Origin: Gracilinanus agilis
Lineage: Eukaryota
Direction of reading: 5' to 3'
Assembly: GCF_016433145.1 (NCBI RefSeq)
Contig: NC_058135.1
Location: 55,936,367-56,000,366, forward strand
DNA length: 64,000 nucleotides
Shown: positions 60,534 through 64,000 of the stretch, piece after piece
How the letters are laid out: every line of letters starts with the position of its first letter
How positions within the stretch are numbered: position 1 is the first letter of the stretch
Program-made: the position numbers and the translations under genes
Notes under the pieces: model-generated
Databases searched by the model: none
The model's input: only the letters and a program-made list of their open reading frames with translations
What the model was told of the DNA's origin: nothing

Positions 60534-63500
60534 CTACAGGAAAACTAGTCTAAGATTTAAAAATATGACCATAGAGAATTTCACAAATTAACCACCTTCC
60601 TCCTTTGCCAGTAATCAAGAGTAAATGCTATAACAAAGCTCTATTTCCATTTGTTTATACCAATAGAAGAATATGTAGCAGTGCGTCTAAGGGCAAATAC
60701 GTAAAATATACATGTCTATACGGCATGTGTATATTTAGGCAATTATAGTGTATAAATATATGTGCTCTCTCCAACAAGCTTCTGTATTAATGCATTTGGG
60801 AATAAAGTAGTCATTACATGAAAAGTAACTACGTCCTCATCATAGAGCTATAAGAATCTAAATTAAATGAGAAAATCATGGAATATGAATAGTGAGACCT
60901 TATATATTTTTATTTTAGAGAGGAGAGACAAGGGTCCGGAAGTCTGTCTTTATTCTAAAAATCATGTTTTGGTTGTTTTTCTTTTAAATCGTATTTTTCA
61001 ATAGTTCAAAATCCAATCTCATTGCATTCAAATGAACCTCAACTTTTGGTCTCAAAAACATAAGGTAAGGAGGAAATAACACAAAGAAGAAATAACAATT
61101 ATCAGCTCAAAGTTTATTTTTGATATGAAAAGATTGCTTTTAATCAAACAAAATGAATAGGTATATTTTTTTAAAGAAAAACTCTACTTATTAGTATTAG
61201 GGTGAATTACATAAACTCAAATTCAAATCTTTAAGAAGAGTAATCCTAATTAGATATCATTGTTGTAAAATATTTTGCAGAAAGCTATTTTTAACAATTA
61301 TTTGTGTAATTTTGTAGAGGCTAATTGATTCTTTTGGAATTCAGGATAAAATAATAAATGACATGTAACACAATTAGGGATGTGAAGTGACTTTGTTTAC
61401 TTTAATATAGATAAGGCACAATCCTTTTTAACTGCTCTAAATATCGAAAGTGAAATGAAAACAGTCCCACGCCCAAACCAAGTCAAAGTATTTTTGTTTC
61501 AATGAGTGAATACTAATTTCCTTAATGTTCTATCTCATTTATTGATAATATATAGTGAGATAATACATAAAAAGAATATTATTTGCAAAAATCCTGGAGA
61601 ACAGTGTTATATACCTATAGATACTATGAATACTTTGATCAAAAAGAAAGAGCAATTACCCAGGAATTTTGCAACTCTTAATCAAACATACCTAAGCAGA
61701 AAGTATCATTAATATCTGGTATCCATGCAAATAATATGCTTCAATTTGCAAAAGCAAGAACAGGTTTTGATGCATTATTAGCAAGTCCATTTTTTTAAGA
61801 TATGGAAGTTATCTAAATTCCCCCTTCAAAGACCCGTATTTGTTTTCAATTGTTTTTGTACTGATAGTTAAAATAAATCTGGAAAATATCCAATCCAACT
61901 TTATTTTAAAATATTTTAATAATTATCTTAAGATAGATTCTCCTTCCTTTGTGCACATTTATTTTTTAAATGATCTTTAGATTTTCTTTATAGTTCCAGA
62001 GGACAAAGTAGACCCCTCCCCCTTTCTATATCTAGAATGAGTGAGATTAATAGATTTAGATGGAGGGAAATTGACTATATCTTAAACTTTTTCTATACAT
62101 GGTGGCCAATGTCACTATTTGGGGGTAATTTTTCCCCCTTACAATCATCATGATCAATTGAGCACGATTTTTCCAGTTAAACAGGCAGTCTACCTGATTC
62201 TGTTATGAAGATGACCAATAATGTCAAATCATTTGTGGTTCGTAGTTCCTTTTGAAGACTATTTCTGCTTGCTTCAAGTAAATGATAATATTCAAAAGTA
62301 TATGCCTCCTGATTTGACAACTCAATATTTTCAATGGGTAGAGCTCCCAAACTTAAGAAATTATAGACCCTTGAAGGACTAAAGTATTATTGAATTAAGT
62401 GGCAATATATACTCTTATCAAATATTTCTGGTCGCCAACAAAGGGAAATTGAAACAGTGTTAAGTAAACGTAACAGTGAACTCTGTTAACAGTGGAGTTC
62501 GTTGTATCCCGTAATCAGTGACATCCAATTTAGTCCCCAATATTACCTATTCAAACTCATCTGCTGAACAAGGGAGACACAGGTTTATAAAAGATAATGC
62601 TCATGTATATAAATGACTTTAGGCTGAATGAGCGAAAGCAGTTTAGAATTCACCTGCTGTGATTTCCCCAGCAACTGTATTTGGAAAGTATGAAATACTC
62701 TGTATCACTATTTATGATTATTTAGAGGTATATATTATTAGCTCATGCAATAAATGTTGCTTTCATATTATGCTAAGTATAAAAGCTCATTTTACAGATA
62801 TACTTCCATTTGTACATATACTTTTAAAAATAAATCCTAATTTTTTGGAGAATTTAGTCAATATGTATTCTACAATGGGCAAATAGAAGCACACACTCTA
62901 CTTTGGTGGAGACAATATCTGTACCAAAGAACTCGTAGATACTTGACCTTTCAAAACAAGTACAAATAATAATTTAAAAATCCATAGAAAGAATCAGCAG
63001 AAGAAATAGGATGTTATTGAGTTTTGTCCATTTTTTAAAAAAATCACAGAGTTGCATAGTGAATTCCTAAGCCTGACCTCAGTAAATATGATGTGATAGG
63101 AACTGATAGTGGTCCAGTGGATTCAGTTGACAAAGGAGACTGGTAATAGCACTAACATGAATAGAGTCACACCATTACAGGAGTAAGATGGAGAGGAAGT
63201 GATTTCTAGGGTCATTTAGTCCATCCCTCAGCTATTACCAAAAGATTAACTTATCTCAGATAGCAGAGGACACTGATCTGAGGCTGAGCCAAGAAGCAAA
63301 GAAGAAAAATAAAAGATCGGACTGCTAAAAGAAGTCTCCTCACCAGTATCTTCACCAAAAGGACCTGCCCTGCCTTTTACTCCTGTTTTCCACAGAGAGG
63401 ATAGGTCCTATAGATATACCCTGTGCATTTTTTCAATGTTTCAAAGTGATAAATTGAGGCAAGTAACAGAAGAGAGTGCTAGTGAGAAGGGGTGAGTATT

Positions 63501-63919
63501 TCATGGAAGGGAGAGAAGTCTTACACCCTTTAGGGTCTGAGGAAAGGAAGATTATGATCATTTTCATTGCTGTGGGTTTTTTCTTGTTGTTTGAAACCTA
63601 AAAGAAAAGGGCCCGGAACATCTAAGAAGTGAAAAGTACTTGTTTTAGCTTCGTTCGAGGAATCATGAAGAAATGTGCTCTTCAGGAAGCAAATACCTTT
63701 CCTAGGACTGTGCAACTGATTCAAAAGTACGCCCAGAAGAGGCTTAGCAAAGGGTTAGGCTCCGAGCAGGAATTACCTGGTCCCCACTGCTGTCCCTGCC
63801 TGAGAGAGCCCTAGCTGCAGTCAAGCAGGTGTTTCCAGAACCCAAAGAGACCCTGAGCTTAGCAGGGTTGCCCTTTGGAAAACTATGGTGAATAGTCTAG
63901 ATCTGGCTATTGGATATCG

Positions 63920-63955
63920 GTGTGTGTGTGTATGTGTGTGTATATGTGTGTGTGT
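63920..63955. repeat. (TG)n imperfect microsatellite
   Basis: directly visible. Confidence 0.9.
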
Positions 63956-64000
63956 GCTGCTATGCTACGGATAGGCATGTGCAAAGACTTCAATTCTGCT

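Noticed and set aside
1-64000. tRNA-like A/B boxes throughout
   Set aside because: All are SINE heads, not tRNA genes; no CRISPR, rRNA or snRNA signatures were seen.

Overview
AT-rich, strongly CpG-depleted vertebrate genomic DNA. The SINE repertoire (SINE1_Mdo-type, Mar1, CORE-SINEs, RTE-derived elements) points to a marsupial, most likely the opossum Monodelphis domestica; family names are from recalled consensus sequences, not a database search. The window looks intronic or intergenic: I could not identify any protein-coding gene, rRNA, tRNA, CRISPR array or CpG island, and the ORF track is mostly explained by repeats, low-complexity tracts, N-runs and chance. Much of the sequence is transposon-derived (SINE1, Mar1, MIR, L2, L1, RTE, CR1/L3, hAT-Charlie and Tigger MITEs, a mariner fossil, probable solo LTRs), and there are five N-runs. 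I found no evidence for a complete new biological system. The best leads are: (i) a 54-bp near-perfect fold-back duplication inside an old Mar1 SINE (49834-49980); (ii) an ancient LF-SINE copy at the start of a CpG-retaining, repeat-poor block (58.9-64 kb) that also holds a well-formed minus-strand 56-nt candidate exon; (iii) a candidate 6-nt minus-strand microexon (10624-10629); (iv) a dense IRF/NF-kB motif cluster (29777-30111); (v) degenerate tandem units carrying CAGCTG E-boxes. Repeat boundaries are by eye and approximate.
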